Positions 1 through 12,522 of a stretch of 64,000 nucleotides of DNA are shown here, one piece after another. Source of the DNA: Mobula birostris (taxonomy: Eukaryota); NCBI RefSeq assembly GCF_030028105.1, contig NC_092376.1, forward strand, positions 178,722,080 through 178,786,079, in the 5' to 3' direction. The stretch's first letter is position 1. Each line of letters starts with the position of its first letter. The translations under genes and the position numbers were made by a program. Below the pieces are notes generated by a model, which was not told where the DNA came from, searched no databases, and worked only from the letters and a program-made list of their open reading frames with translations.

Positions 1-870
1 TTCCTGTTGGGAATATTTCAAAATTTAGTTTTGAATTAATTTTATTGTTTCTTTCTAGCTGTCTGAATCAAAGCTGGTCATTCTTGCCTGTCATTGTTTT
101 CGCTTGTATTGTTCTCTATATATTTCTATGATTTATAGGTGTAGTTTGGAGAACAATGTCCTTCGGTCTATCACCTGAATACAGACCTTAATGCTTATAG
201 ATACTAATTCCACCTGCGTGTTTTAACTTCATATTTCTCTATACCATACCCATTCGGGACATGTGCAATGGCGCCTGAACGGTATTAATATCCTGCCTCC
301 ACCTCCCCCTCTGGCAGCTCGTTTCCATTACCTGTTACAATTGTGTGAAAACATTCCCCCAAGTTCCCCTTCAATTTTCTGAATAATTAAAAAACCCATA
401 ATGCTAAAATGTGTAAACTTGGAATACAAAACCAAGGTAATCTAAGACATTGAAATTGATTATTTAGCATACAGAAATAATGCAGAATGTTTATACTTAA
501 CAAACTTGAGATGGATACAAATTGAATTGGAGCTTGGTCAAAATGAACCTGGACGTTTATGAGTTGGAATTTATGCATGGTGATCCTGTTTCTTAGCTGA
601 GAGGATTTTGCTTAGTAAAATAACAGAAATAATGATCAAGTATGATTCATTCAGAGGGCGGGGAACATCCCAATTTTTTATCTGCTTTAGACTTGGGCGC
701 AACTATTAAATAAAAATCACATTCTACATTTTCAAAGCGGTGTGCCTTTCGCTTTGATAACTGAATACCGCACAATTTCTGCTTGAACGTCTTCAAATAA
801 TTCAAACATTTGCGCTGGTATCACTACCTTGATTTTTGAATGCTCGCTATATAATTGATTTTCGTCGCTC

Positions 871-3272
871 ACCATGGAACCATGGAACTATAGAACATTA
901 CAGCACAGAAACAGGCCCTTTGGCTCTTCTTGGTTGTGCCAAACCATTTTTCTGCCTAGTCCCACTGACCTGCACCTGGACCATATCCCTCCATACACCT
1001 CTCATCTATGTGCCTGTTCAAGTTTTTCTTAAATGTTAAAAGTGAGCCCACATTTACCACTTTATCTGGCAGTTCATTCCACACTCCCACCACTCTCCGT
1101 ATGAAGAAGCCCCCACTAATGTTCCCTTTAAACTTTTTCCCCTTCACCCTTAACCCATGTCCACAGGTTTTTTTTTCTCCTCTAGCCTCAGTGGAAAAAA
1201 ATCTGCTTGCATTCACTCTATCTATACCCATCATAATTTCATATACCTCTATCAAATCTTCCCTCATTCTGCTATGCTCCAGGGAATAAAGTTCAAACCT
1301 ATTCAACTTTTATCTGTAACTCAGCTTCTCAAGTCCCGGCAACATCCTTGTAAACCTTCTCTGCACTCTTTCAACCTTATTCTTATCCTTCTGTAATTTT
1401 GTGACCAAAATGGCAGACAATACTCCAAGTTCGGCCTCAACAATGCATTATACTATCTCCCCATAACATTCCAGCTGTTATAATCAATAGTTTGATTTAT
1501 AAAGACCAATGTACCAAAAGCTCTCTTTACGACCTTATCTACCTGTGACGCCACTTTTATGGAATTTTGTATCTGTATTCCCCGATTCCTCTGTTCCACT
1601 GCAGTCCTCAGTGCCCTACCACTTACCTTGTATGTTCTAACTTGGTTTGTCTTTCCAAAGTGCAATACCACACACTTGTCTGTATTAAACTCCATCTGCC
1701 ATTTTTCAGCCCATTCATCCAGCTGGTTCAACTTCCTCTGCAAGGTTTGAAAAACTTCATCGCTGTCCATTGCACCTCCAATCTTTGTATCATCAGAAAA
1801 TTTGCTGATCCAATTTACCACACTATCATCCAGATCATTGGTATAGATGACAAATAACACTGATCCCTGTGACACACCACTAATCACAGGCCTCCACTCA
1901 GAGAAGCAATCCTCTGCTACCACTCTCTAGCTTCCTCCACTGAGCCAATGTCTAATCCAATTTACTATCTCACCATGTATACCTAGCGAATGAATCTTCC
2001 TAACTAACCTCCCATGCGGGACCTTGTCAAAGACCTTACTGAAGTCCATGTAGACAACATCCACTGCCTTACCTTCATCCACTTTCCTGGTAACATCCTC
2101 AAAAAACTCTAATAGCTTGGTTAAACATGACCTACCACGTCCAGAGCCATGTTGACTCTCCCCAATGAGTCCCCATCTATCCGTATACTTGTAGATCCTA
2201 TCTCTTAGTACTCTTTCCGGTAATTTACCTACTACCAACGTCAAATTTACCGGCCTATAATTTCCCGGATTACTTTCAGAGCCTTTTTTAAACAATGGAC
2301 CAACATGGGCTATCCTCCAATCCTCTGGCACCTCACCCGTAGATACAGACATTGTAAATATATCTGCCAGGGCCCCTGCAATTTCAACAGTAGTCTCCTT
2401 CAAGGTCCGAGGGAATACCCTGTCAGGTCCTGGGAATTTATCTACTCTGATTTGCCTCAAGATAGCAAGCACCTCCTCCTCTTCAATTGTTATAGGTTCC
2501 ATGACATCACTACTTGTTTGCCTTATTTCCATATACTCCATGCCAGATTCCTTAGTAAGTACAGACGCAAAATAAAAACCTAAAAAACTTCTAAGCTCTC
2601 CTCCATTTCTTTTGGTTCCATACCTAGCCGACCACTCTGATCTTCATGAGGAGCAATTTTGTTCCTAACTATCCTTTTTCTCCTAATATACCTGTAGAAG
2701 CTCTTTGGATTATCCTTCACCTTGAATGCCAAAGCAATCTCATGTCTTCTTTTAGCCCTCCAGATTTCTTTCTTATGTATTTTTTCGCACTATTTATACT
2801 CCTCAAGCTTCTTATTTGTTCCCTGTTTGTTATACATGTCATATATCTCTCTCTTCTTCTTTATCAGATTTCCAATATCCCTTGAGAACCAAGGTTCTGG
2901 ATTCTTATTCACTTTGCCTTTAATCCTGATAGGAATATAAAAACTCCGCACTCTCAAAATTTCTCCTTTGAAGGCCCCCCACTTACCAATTACATCCTTG
3001 CCAGAGAACAACCTGTACCAATCCACGCTTTTTTGATCGTTTCTCATTTCTTCAAATTTGGCCTTTTCCAGTTTAGAACCTCAACCCGAGGACCAGATAT
3101 ATCTGTATCCATGATCAAGTTGAAACTAATGGTGTTATGATCACTGGAACCAAAGTGTTCCCCTACACACACTTCCGTTACCTGTCCTAATTCATTTCCT
3201 AATAGGAGATCTAATATTGCATTCCCTCTAGTTGGTATCTCTATATGTTGGTTTAGAAAAGTTTCCTGAACT
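871..3272 (-). mobile_element. CR1 LINE, 5'-truncated ORF2 (end of endonuclease plus RT), frameshifted
   Basis: PGNYRPVNLT, VYMDFSKVFDKVPH, GVSQGSVL, KFSDDTK motifs. Degenerate (ttctatg)-type tail at 871-900. Confidence 0.93.
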
Positions 3273-4417
3273 TTCACGTGAGAATCAAAGCCCATGTGGT
3301 CTACGATTTAACTGGCTGTTATGCCAAAGAAATCATTGAAGGCTGTTAGAGCTACGGCAATTTTTCGGATTTGACGTGGCGTACTTAAACGCGCATATTT
3401 AATGCTAGAGGATATAAATTTTCTGTTTTGGAAATTGTATGTATCTTAGGAACTTAATTAATCTCATTTAAGGGAGTCCATTAAAGAAAAAAAAATCCTT
3501 TATTGTGTTGTTGAAATGATGGATAAAACCAGCTTTGATTTTACGACTGGCTTTCATTGCAAACTGTCATTTTTAACAGCAGACTTCTTTAAAAGAGATT
3601 TACATTTGTTAAGAAAATACTTTGAAGAGAAAAGTTACGCAGAGAAATGCGTAATGTTTTCCATTCCTTGCAAACTGAAATAAAGGAACAGTCAAAAAAA
3701 AAACGGAGATGCCTGAGCAGATGATACTCCATTAGTGCGTCTAATTATTTACACACACCATCTTATTGGTTGCCGTTACTCTTTAAGATGCATGTTGGAG
3801 TCAGTCAGAATAAAATTTGTGCACACATGTATACCCGCCCGTCATTGGACCATGGGGATTCCCACAACAGTGTATTCCTCTTTGAAGCGGGAATTTATTT
3901 AAGGCGCAGAAAATAACTAACGTAGGTTGTGGAATGTGTACATCTAAAGAAGTAAGAGAAGCCTAAAGCTATCTGCATCAGATTTGAATTTCTCGGTGTA
4001 TTATCACATCAACGCTTGGAAAATATTGACCATATTTAGCACGCTGAAATAGTTATACTATTCGGAGATGAAGTAAATTTGTACGCAGTTTGGCTCACTC
4101 CAATACCTGTACTAGGAGAATTGCTTTTTCTTCTCAATTCGCAACAAATAACAAAACAAAATTCAGGGTTTCAGAGAAAGAGAAGAATAGTAATAATTAA
4201 GCAAATACTTGCTACGGACAAATTAACATAGAGATTTAAAAGTGCACCATGTGTCCAAGAACCGTAGAATAGTGGAGGCGAGAGGGGGTGTAATTCCTTG
4301 ACTTGGTTTGTCATATCCCATCTGACGAATCAGAGAATATCAGCGGACCACTCCACTGTAGTTCGAACAATATCTATCTCTTCACCAAAGGACCAAAACA
4401 AGCACCTTCTTCAATAT

Positions 4418-4750
4418 CACAAACAAGAGAAAATCTGTAGATGCTGGAAATCCTAGCAGTACAACTAAAATGCTGGAGGAACTCAGCAGGCCAGAAAGCA
4501 CCTAACTACCCCACTAAAGAATACCAGGTAGGGGGTGGTGTCTGAGAGTTGGCGCTAGGCCTCAGCGGGGTAGAGGTCGGTGTGCCAGGCTGTTGCAGCG
4601 CCTCCCTTGACTGCGGCATTGGTGGCGAGGTTAAGTTTAGTTCTCCTTTTTTCTAGTGCTGCCGAAGGATTTCAGCCCGAAATGTCGACTCTGCTTTTAT
4701 TTCCATAAATGCTGGCTGGCCTGCTGCGTTCCTCCAGCATTTTGTGTGTG
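4418..4750. mobile_element. Non-autonomous inverted-repeat element (Penelope-associated or MITE-like) with degenerate hammerhead-like core; copies at ~24113-24447 and ~42823-43155
   Basis: Arms 4467-4500 (aaaatgctggaggaactcagcaggccagaaagca) and 4710-4743 are near-perfect reverse complements. ctgccgaag..cccgaaatgtcgac at 4659-4690. Confidence 0.7.
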
Positions 4751-5249
4751 ATTCTCTTCAATATGTATTGTTTTGTAGGATCCTACTGTTTGCAATGGGT
4801 TTGCCTTTGCCTTAATCCCTTTAAAATGATGCACAGAGATAGAAATTCTCATTTTTTCTGTCTAACCCAGATATTTATTTAACCTCCAGCATCCTTTTAC
4901 TACCGGCAATCCATCAAATAAAACATGCGAACAGTTTGGAATTTCGCTATATCAAGTTGGAAATTAGATGGGCGAATAGAACGAAGGGGAGAACCATAAA
5001 CACTTTACCCTTTAAATACACTTCAAATCTGTGTCAGCGAAACTTAATCGGTTAGCAGCATGTGATTCCTGTTCTGGACCCGGAGATTCTGTTTCTTAAA
5101 AAAAACTCACTGGAAAGCATCTTTTGGAAAATTCGAAAAGGCTTCAATTGTCGGTGGTATCAATAGTGCTATGCTCTTATACTCCCATATCAGAGAACTT
5201 ACAAGCAAATTCTCAAGAATATCCATTCAAGTTGGGTGAGACTTGAACT

Positions 5250-5520
5250 GGAATTCATGGGTTAAAGGTGAAATGTGAAACTTTTAAGGAAAACATGAGG
5301 GGAATCTTCTTCACGCAAAGATTAGTGCGAGTGTAGAATGAGCTGCCAGTGGAAGTGGTGGAAGATGTTTCGAAAGAGACATTTGGATAGGTACACAGAT
5401 GGGAGGTGTATAGGGGATTATGGTCCAGGTGCAGGGAGATAGGAATCGGTAGATTAGAGTTCGGCACGGACACGATGTGTCGAAGGTACCGTTTCTGTGC
5501 TGTAGTGCTCTATGATTCTA
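5250..5520 (+). mobile_element. Short CR1 3'-end fragment; copies at ~24950-25218 and ~43665-43933
   Basis: catgggttaaaggtg..ttcttcacgcaaag..gaatgagctgccag..ctgtgctgtagtgctctatgattcta matches the CR1 ORF2 end, 3'UTR and tail. Confidence 0.85.
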
Positions 5521-6045
5521 ACATCTGCTCCGAATACTAAAAAATGTCCTATTGCTTGTAAAACTATTGGTAAGAGAGATAATACACTGTAACTGTCAAG
5601 GACAGGAAAACATCTTCAAAAATTTTAACAGAATTCTGTTGTGCATTATATACCAGTCTGGGTTTCTCAGGCTTCAACACTGTACAAATAAAATCTTTTT
5701 GCTCCCAAATATAATCTGACTGGTAACTGACGACGCCAATTTATGCACATCTGCCATCTGAATGAATAGATAGACCTGTCTAAACTGTTCTAGACACGGG
5801 CTAAAAATTCGGGCATCTGTTATTTGTCCGAACCCGAAAGTAGACTTAAAATTTAGCTCAAAGTTCTGACATTTGAGGACAAACTCCCATCTAAATATAG
5901 GTAATACGACCTTCGATGCTAGACGCTGTAAACAACATTAAATCTTTAATTTTTTTCAATAATTGCGTTTTATGTTTGCAAGACATATTTAGAATAACAA
6001 TGCAGATTAATAGCTTAATAGCTTGTACTTGTTGAAGGAGCTGAT

Positions 6046-6066
6046 TGCGTCGCTGTCTACCAATGA
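6046..6066 (+). promoter_or_regulatory. Orphan Pcdh CSE upstream of relic exon, unit 1
   Basis: tgcgtCGCTgtctaccaatga. Flanks are paralogous to the intact promoter (shared cagaataaaa). Confidence 0.8.
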
Positions 6067-6307
6067 GACATTGAAATGTAAAGATGCATATGTTACGCTT
6101 GCCCACATCCAGAATAAAATGTCAGAATCGACGGAAAGGCGAGCAATGCCTGCATTGAAATTGTTGAGGTCAGATGAGAAAAATAATTCGCATGTCTGTT
6201 TAGGTTCTGCAACAAAATATATATCTACCTAGTATAGCATATGGGTGGAGGTGTTTGCCGCTTAATCTTACAGATGTCAAGTTGTGAAAGTTAATGAATG
6301 TGGAAGA

Positions 6308-6520
6308 ATCGCGTACCACTAAGGAGTGCGTTCATTGCGAGTGCTTGCGTGATTCCCCTGTGTGCAGCGGATCTAATTTTCTGGCTGATTCGTTTTTCTA
6401 TTCCCGAGGAAATCGAACAAGGTGCATTTGTTGGGATTATGGGTCAGACTTTGGGACTGAAGTATCAGTTCGAAAATTTCGGCTCACGTTTGTTGGTTCT
6501 ATACTAATCCCATAGTTGAA
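6308..6520 (+). pseudogene. Protocadherin relic (signal peptide plus start of EC1; ATG>ATC)
   Basis: Translates to ..LCAADLIFWLIRFSIPEEIEQGAFVG..LGL, homologous to VCAADQIPGQFRYSIPEEMVEGTIVG..LGL. Located about 255 bp after a CSE. Confidence 0.85.
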
Positions 6521-6539
6521 GTAAGAGTTATAAAATATT

Positions 6540-6700
6540 AATTGCTGAACCGCATACTGTGTACGGCTTGTCATTTCGGAGTACTTATTTTAAACCGGGG
6601 CCACATCCCACAGCATCCACCCAAATGGCAATCTCAAGGTTTGGCCGGACAGGGGGTTTTCACCCCGTGATCTTGCCACTAGGGTAAATCGAGCGTTACA
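6540..6700 (-). mobile_element. Truncated LTR-like fragment beginning TGTAAC; copies ending at 26304 and 45118
   Basis: RT homology stops abruptly at GLYEYN and is followed directly by TGTAACGCTC on the minus strand, a typical LTR 5' terminus. Left boundary uncertain. Confidence 0.5.
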
Positions 6701-7795
6701 ATTGTATTCATACAACCCAGAATGTGTCACAAACGCAGAGATTTCTCTAGCTCTGTCCGTCAATGGAACACACCAATACCCTTTCAACAGACCAATCGTT
6801 GTAAGAAATTTAGCTTTTCCAACCTTATGTATGCAATCATCCACCCTAAGGATGGGATAAGCATTTGTTTTTGTTGCTGTCCTTACCTTCCTACAATCAG
6901 TGCAAAACCTAATACCACCATCGGGTTTAGGTACTATAACACAAGATGAGCTCCAATTTGAAGTTGAAGGGCTAATAATACAATTTATCAGCATATATTC
7001 AATTTCTTCCTTGCCAATTTACATTTTCCACGTTCATACTATAGGAGTGTTGCTTAATCGTTTTGGCATCTCCAACGTCCACATCATGTGACGTGACGGT
7101 GGTTCGATTCGGAACATCAGGAAATAAATTTTTAAATTTCAAAATTAATTCTTTCATTTGTTGTCTTTGCTGTCTTTGTAAGTGTAGCAACTTGTTATCA
7201 ATATTTTGTAAAACAACCGAGTTCATTAGCCTTACTGGGACCATGTTTGGCTTATGAAAAGTTTCATTCACAGGGTCTTCAGTCTCGGCTGCAGCTGCTG
7301 GATGTATCTCACCAAAGGTCATTTTCTCATAATAAGGTTTTATCATATTGATATGACAAAGCTGTGTTTTTAGCTTAGGATCAGGTGTTTTGATTATGAA
7401 ATTCACATCATTAACCTGAGACTCAATCTCATAAGGACCTAAAAATCTCGCCTGAACAGGGTTTCAACTTGTAGGTAATAGTACTAAAACCTTATCTCCT
7501 ACTTCAAGTTTTCTCAGACGGGCTTGTTTATCAAACCAGTGTTTCATTGTCCCTTGAGCTGTTTTCAAGTTTTGGTTTGCTAATTCGCAAATTTTGTACA
7601 GCCTGTCCTTGAAGTTCAGCACGTAGTCTAGCAAATTAATTTGTAAGTCTTTATTAATCCACTGTTCCCTTAACAAGGTGAAAGGTCCCCTCATTCTATA
7701 ACCAAATACAAGTTCAAAAGGGCTATAGTCCAGTGATTCCTGCACCGATTTTCTTGCTGCGAACAAAAGCAAACGTAGCCCTTTACCCAGACTCT
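6701..7795 (-). mobile_element. Gmr1-like Ty3/gypsy LTR retrotransposon pol fragment (integrase C-terminus then RT N-terminus)
   Basis: LLFAAR..QESL.YSPFELVFG..RGP and GDKVLVLLP..FLGPY (integrase, GPY/F) lie upstream of SNWSSSCVIVPKPDGGIRFCTD..YPILRVDD..LKGYW.VPL..SAFVT (gypsy RT). Confidence 0.88.
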
Positions 7796-7966
7796 AGAAC
7801 TACTCCTTCCCATTAACTGACTTGTCCCCTTTAATCTGCATCTGCGCTTTTCGCCTGTTTGCGTAGCTACATGAAATCTAGGCATTATGATTTGTTAAAT
7901 TACTGTCAGGCATATACCAGCCCTCAAAGGAACTTCCCTGAAAGATTACCGATCCGATTGACATTT

Positions 7967-8500
7967 ATAGAACATAGAGTAGTACAGCACAGTACAGGCC
8001 CGTCGGCCCACAATGTTGTGTCGACCCTCAGACCCTGCCTCCTATATAACCCCGCACCTTACATTCCTCCATATACCTGTCTAGTAATCTCTTAAACTTC
8101 TCTAGTGTATCTGCCACTACCACTGAGTCAGGCAGTGCATTTCACGCACGAAACACTCTGTGAGTAAATTACCTTCCTGTAATATCCCCCTTGAACTTCC
8201 CAGCCCTTACCTTAAAGCCATGCCCTCTTGTATTGAGCAGTGGTGCCCTGGGGAAGAGGCGCTGTCTATCCAGTCTATCTATTCCTCTTATTATCTTGTA
8301 CACCTCTATCATGTCTCCTGTCATCCTCCTTCTCTCCAAAGAGTAAAGCCCTATCTCCCTTAATCTGTGATCATAAAGCATACTCTCTAAATCAGGTAGC
8401 ATCCTGGTAAATCTCCTCTGTATCCTTTCCAATGCTTCCACATCCTTCCTTTAGTGAGGCGACCAGAACTGGACACAGTACTCCAAGTGTGGCCTAACCA
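7967..8500 (-). mobile_element. CR1 3' fragment inserted in ERV env (copies 27564-28032 and 50680-51215)
   Basis: VRPHLEYCVQFW..LERIQRRFTRM..LYSLERRR..GDMIEVYKI, with tail atagaacatag. Confidence 0.92.
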
Positions 8501-11500
8501 AGTTCCTGTAGCTTGTACTTATGTTGATTACTTGTTCCCTCCTGTATCGATCCCTTCGTTTTTCTCCTGTCAAGAAGAGCTTTTAATGTAGCTGGCTATT
8601 TTACCGATGTAATCTTGCTTCTCGATGAAGGGCATTGGAGTTATGAACAGGAATACGCCCAACAGCTAACTGCATTGGTCCGTGTAGCTTATACATAAGC
8701 TAAGCCCAAGTAAGTATTATAGGTTTCCCCCAGTGTACTAAACCCCAATAGTCCACACAACAAAAGTAATTTCTTCATATTTCAGTTTTCCTTCTTCCCT
8801 TCTTCAGGAGATGACAACTTGCACTTGGTTCCCTGTATCCATCCAGCCTTCCCTTAGACTTTCACAGCAGTCCTTGTCACCAGAAGCACCTGATTTCACC
8901 CCCTTTCCACCTAGAAGAAAGCAAGACTTTCATAAGCGTCTTTACATATACATAGTCTCCAGGTTTAAAGGGATGAATGTTATTTTTTTCCCTCCCAGCT
9001 TAGGGAAGGCAGCAGCTACATGTCTTTAGTTTGCTCTTATCGCTTTGTCTCACAAATTCTATGGTTTTCTCGTCGGTTCTGAGCAGGGATGTTTGTACTT
9101 TAATCAGAGGAGGCAGAGACTCCGGCGGTATAGGCCTTCGCATTAATACTTAGAACTGAGTCAATTTAGCTGTCCGTCTCACCTGATTTCTTACAAAGTG
9201 TAATGCTATGGGAAGAGCCTCTGGTCATTTCAATCCAGTTTCCTGACATACCTTGGCCAATATATATTTTAATACTCCATTCATTCTTTCTGTTAGCTCT
9301 GAGGACTGCGGCTGTTATGGAAGGTGTTATTCCAAAGTAAATCCTAACGCTGGAACCAATTCCTTAATTATTTTACATGAATGGAACCCCAAATCTAGGA
9401 ATAATTTCCTTCATGAATATCTTAACCGCAGGTAGGGTGTCATCTTCTCTAGGGGGAAACGCCTCTCCCATTTGGAGAACATATCTACTATCACCGATAC
9501 TTATAACCTCCGCTGGATGGTATCTATCTGCAAATTGGCAAATGGTGCCGTCGCGGGTGGGAAATGATCAAATTTAGCTGCTGACCTTCCCCCATTGTGT
9601 CACTAGCAAATCTCATAGCTTCGTACAACCTGTCCCGCAATTATCGTTAGTCCGGGTGCAAACCATTATTGATGTATAATACCCCGATTCCTGGGACACA
9701 CAAGGAGATTATCTGGATATGTCCATAACCCCTCAGAGTCCTGAGAACTCTGTTTTCCCTTTCATACTCCCTTATCCTTTTGCGGAATCCTGTCCTTGTC
9801 GGAAATTAAATTTTGCAGATTTGGTGTAAGGGTTACAAGAGTACATTGCACCTGCATATGTACCCCTGCATAACTTTTCATGCATTATCGGCTTCTTTAG
9901 CAAATGCGTCCGCAGCAGCATTTCCCTTACTTATGGGGTCTGCACCATTAGTGTGAGCTTCGTCGTAATGACAGCAGCTTGTTGGGCAGCTGCATTGCTT
10001 GTAACATTTTTATGAGATACGTATGCTGAATGGGTTTATCCGCAGAAGTAATGTACCCCCGAAGTTTCCAAAGTGATCCAAAGTCATGTCCCACCCCAAG
10101 GCCAGCTAGAGTCCATATAGATGTTTATTGTGTGTCCCTCGTGTTAGAGTAAATAGCTCCGCTGCCTGAGCAGAAGTTCCTTGGGGGATGGCTTGTACCT
10201 CTAAAGTTTCAAAGACAGTCACTATTGCATAGATTTCTAATAGGATGTGATGGATCGGCTTGCAAGAAGAGCCCTCTATATAAAGTATTAATTCTTGGTT
10301 ATCAAGAGGTACAGCGGATAGGCTAGCGGACAGGCTTTAGCACAGTCATGGGGATTTGATGACTCAGTCATAGGAACCAGGGTGGTCGGGCTGAATGCAG
10401 GTGCTCTTTTAAAAGTCAAATTCGACCGTTTAAGTATCCCGTGCGGTGGGCGATATTGAAATCTTGCGTTACAGCTGAGTTGAGGAGCAACCTTGCAGCA
10501 GAGGGGTCAGTAGCATTCAAGCATGCTATAGTATTCACGATGCAGCCTTCTCGACCACTGCCGCTGTCGTTACCACCGTCCTTAAACATTCTGACATTAC
10601 TCTAACCACTAGATGTAACAGGGTGGAAAAATGCGGCATTGGTCTTCGTAAGCCACCGTGGGTTAATACTGCGCTTGCGATACGCTCATTTTCATTCACA
10701 TACAGCTAGAAAGCCTTGTTGTACTAGGGCATTCCTCAGTCCATTGTATTGCATCAGATGCATCCTACGTTACTGCGGCTCGTAGGACAGCATCATATAC
10801 GCGGTATTCAAGTACTCAATATCGACAGTAATTCGTCATTGCCAGGAAAGGTATCATCCGTCTCTTGGCAGAAGGTCTGGGCGACTGAGCAATAAGAGCC
10901 ACACGCTGTGGCTCCAATTGGCGGGTTCCTTTGCGCAATATATACCCCAAATATTTCACTGTCGGCTGTCAGAGCTGGAAGATCGACAAGGAGGTTGTAT
11001 GTCATCTGGCAGCAAGATCATTCAACAACGTCACACATTATTCTGTACAATCAGCCAGTGTCTGTCAGGCCAGAAATAAATTGTCTACATATTGTAAATT
11101 CATGTTGCCTCCAGGCAGTAGTAAATTTGCTGTATCATCACGAATAGCGACTGCGCAGAGAACCGGACATAATGTGTAATCCGGCAGTAAACCCGTCCAC
11201 GTGTATTGCTGTCCATTACAGTCTATGAGAAGGCAACCAGATACTGACTGTCCTCATGCAGTGGTAAAGAAAAATAAGAAGAGTACAAATTAATCACCGT
11301 ATACCAGTATCACATTCGAGTCCGGAACGTTCGGTGAAATGGGCTGGACTTTCTGATTTATAGCCCGCAGATCCTGGATAAACCGCCTCTCATTCGGCCT
11401 CCCTGGTTTGGGAATGGATAATATCAGCGTATTGCAAGGGCTTTGAGTTAATCGCAGAACCTGTTTTCGCAATGTCGTCTGTATGATAAGTTTAATACCC

Positions 11501-12494
11501 CGATGGTTTCTGGAGTTAGGCGATATTGTTTGATCGACGGTAGTCGGGCACTTTGTTAAGAGTCACCTGAAGGGGAACTACTGACTTTCACTAATCCTAC
11601 ATGACTAATATCTGGGGGACTGCCTATGATCCCAAATCAATAGGCGTAATAGGAGGTTTCACTTCGAGTGACGCATAGGGCAGTGAATGTTGGCCCTCCA
11701 GGAAGAGCTCCTTCTGTTTCCTTTTGAACTGAATCTCAGCTGCTATTCCCCCAGGCCCAAAATATCCCTACCCGATAAGAATATTAGACCCCCCTTACCT
11801 TCATGTTAATATGCTTGGTTACTATAATCGTCATCGGGATCTGGATTGTTGAAGGCCACAGCACAATGTGGTGTTTACAAGTTCCGATCAAATCATTCAA
11901 TATTTCTCCCACTTTAATGTCGTCTACTATTTGCTGCCACAGCCAATCTCCCCAGGCTTTCCCCCAACTGTGCCAACTGTAGCGAACTGCATTATAGTGC
12001 GGAGCTCGGGTAATCTATTCTCAGGGGTTTCATGATATAATACTTCGGAGGTACAGTAAATTACCCATTTAGTGTTTAGAGTGTGTGGCGTCCAAGCAAA
12101 TTAAGAGGTGCGTTCTCTGCTGTAACAAGTGTTTCATCAATCCTAAATTTCCCTGCTTGTTTTTAACCGACTCGGACAGGGGTGCTATCATAGGAACTCT
12201 GGTCATCTCTGCATTCTTAATACCTTTGCTGTCTTTTGGTGATGCCACTTCAGACCGGTCAATTGAAAATAATGTGCTACCTCTGATCGGGGACAATTTA
12301 TAAACATTTGCTTTGGGAGTGTTTTTTTTTTCCTGCAGGGGTATCCCTGCACTGGATCCCTGGAAAGATACCACTTTACTTCGCGAAACATGTTGCGAAC
12401 CTCAGATGGGATCCAGCGTTTATGTATCAAGACATTCCCTACTGTTAGCGAGTAGCCCGGAAAAGAGTCTAAGTTAATCGTCGGCCTCTCCTCG

Positions 12495-12522
12495 GCTGTT
12501 GCTGTTGTTGCTGCTGCTGTTG
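12495..12522 (-). repeat. CAG/CAA microsatellite (poly-Q) in ERV gag (copies ~31767-31795 and ~54715-54742)
   Basis: QQQQQQQQQPRRGRR on the minus strand. Confidence 0.8.

Noticed and set aside
3635-3654. Small hairpin ttacgca-gagaaa-tgcgtaa retained in all units
   Set aside because: A 7-bp stem is expected by chance, and its conservation follows from the duplication.
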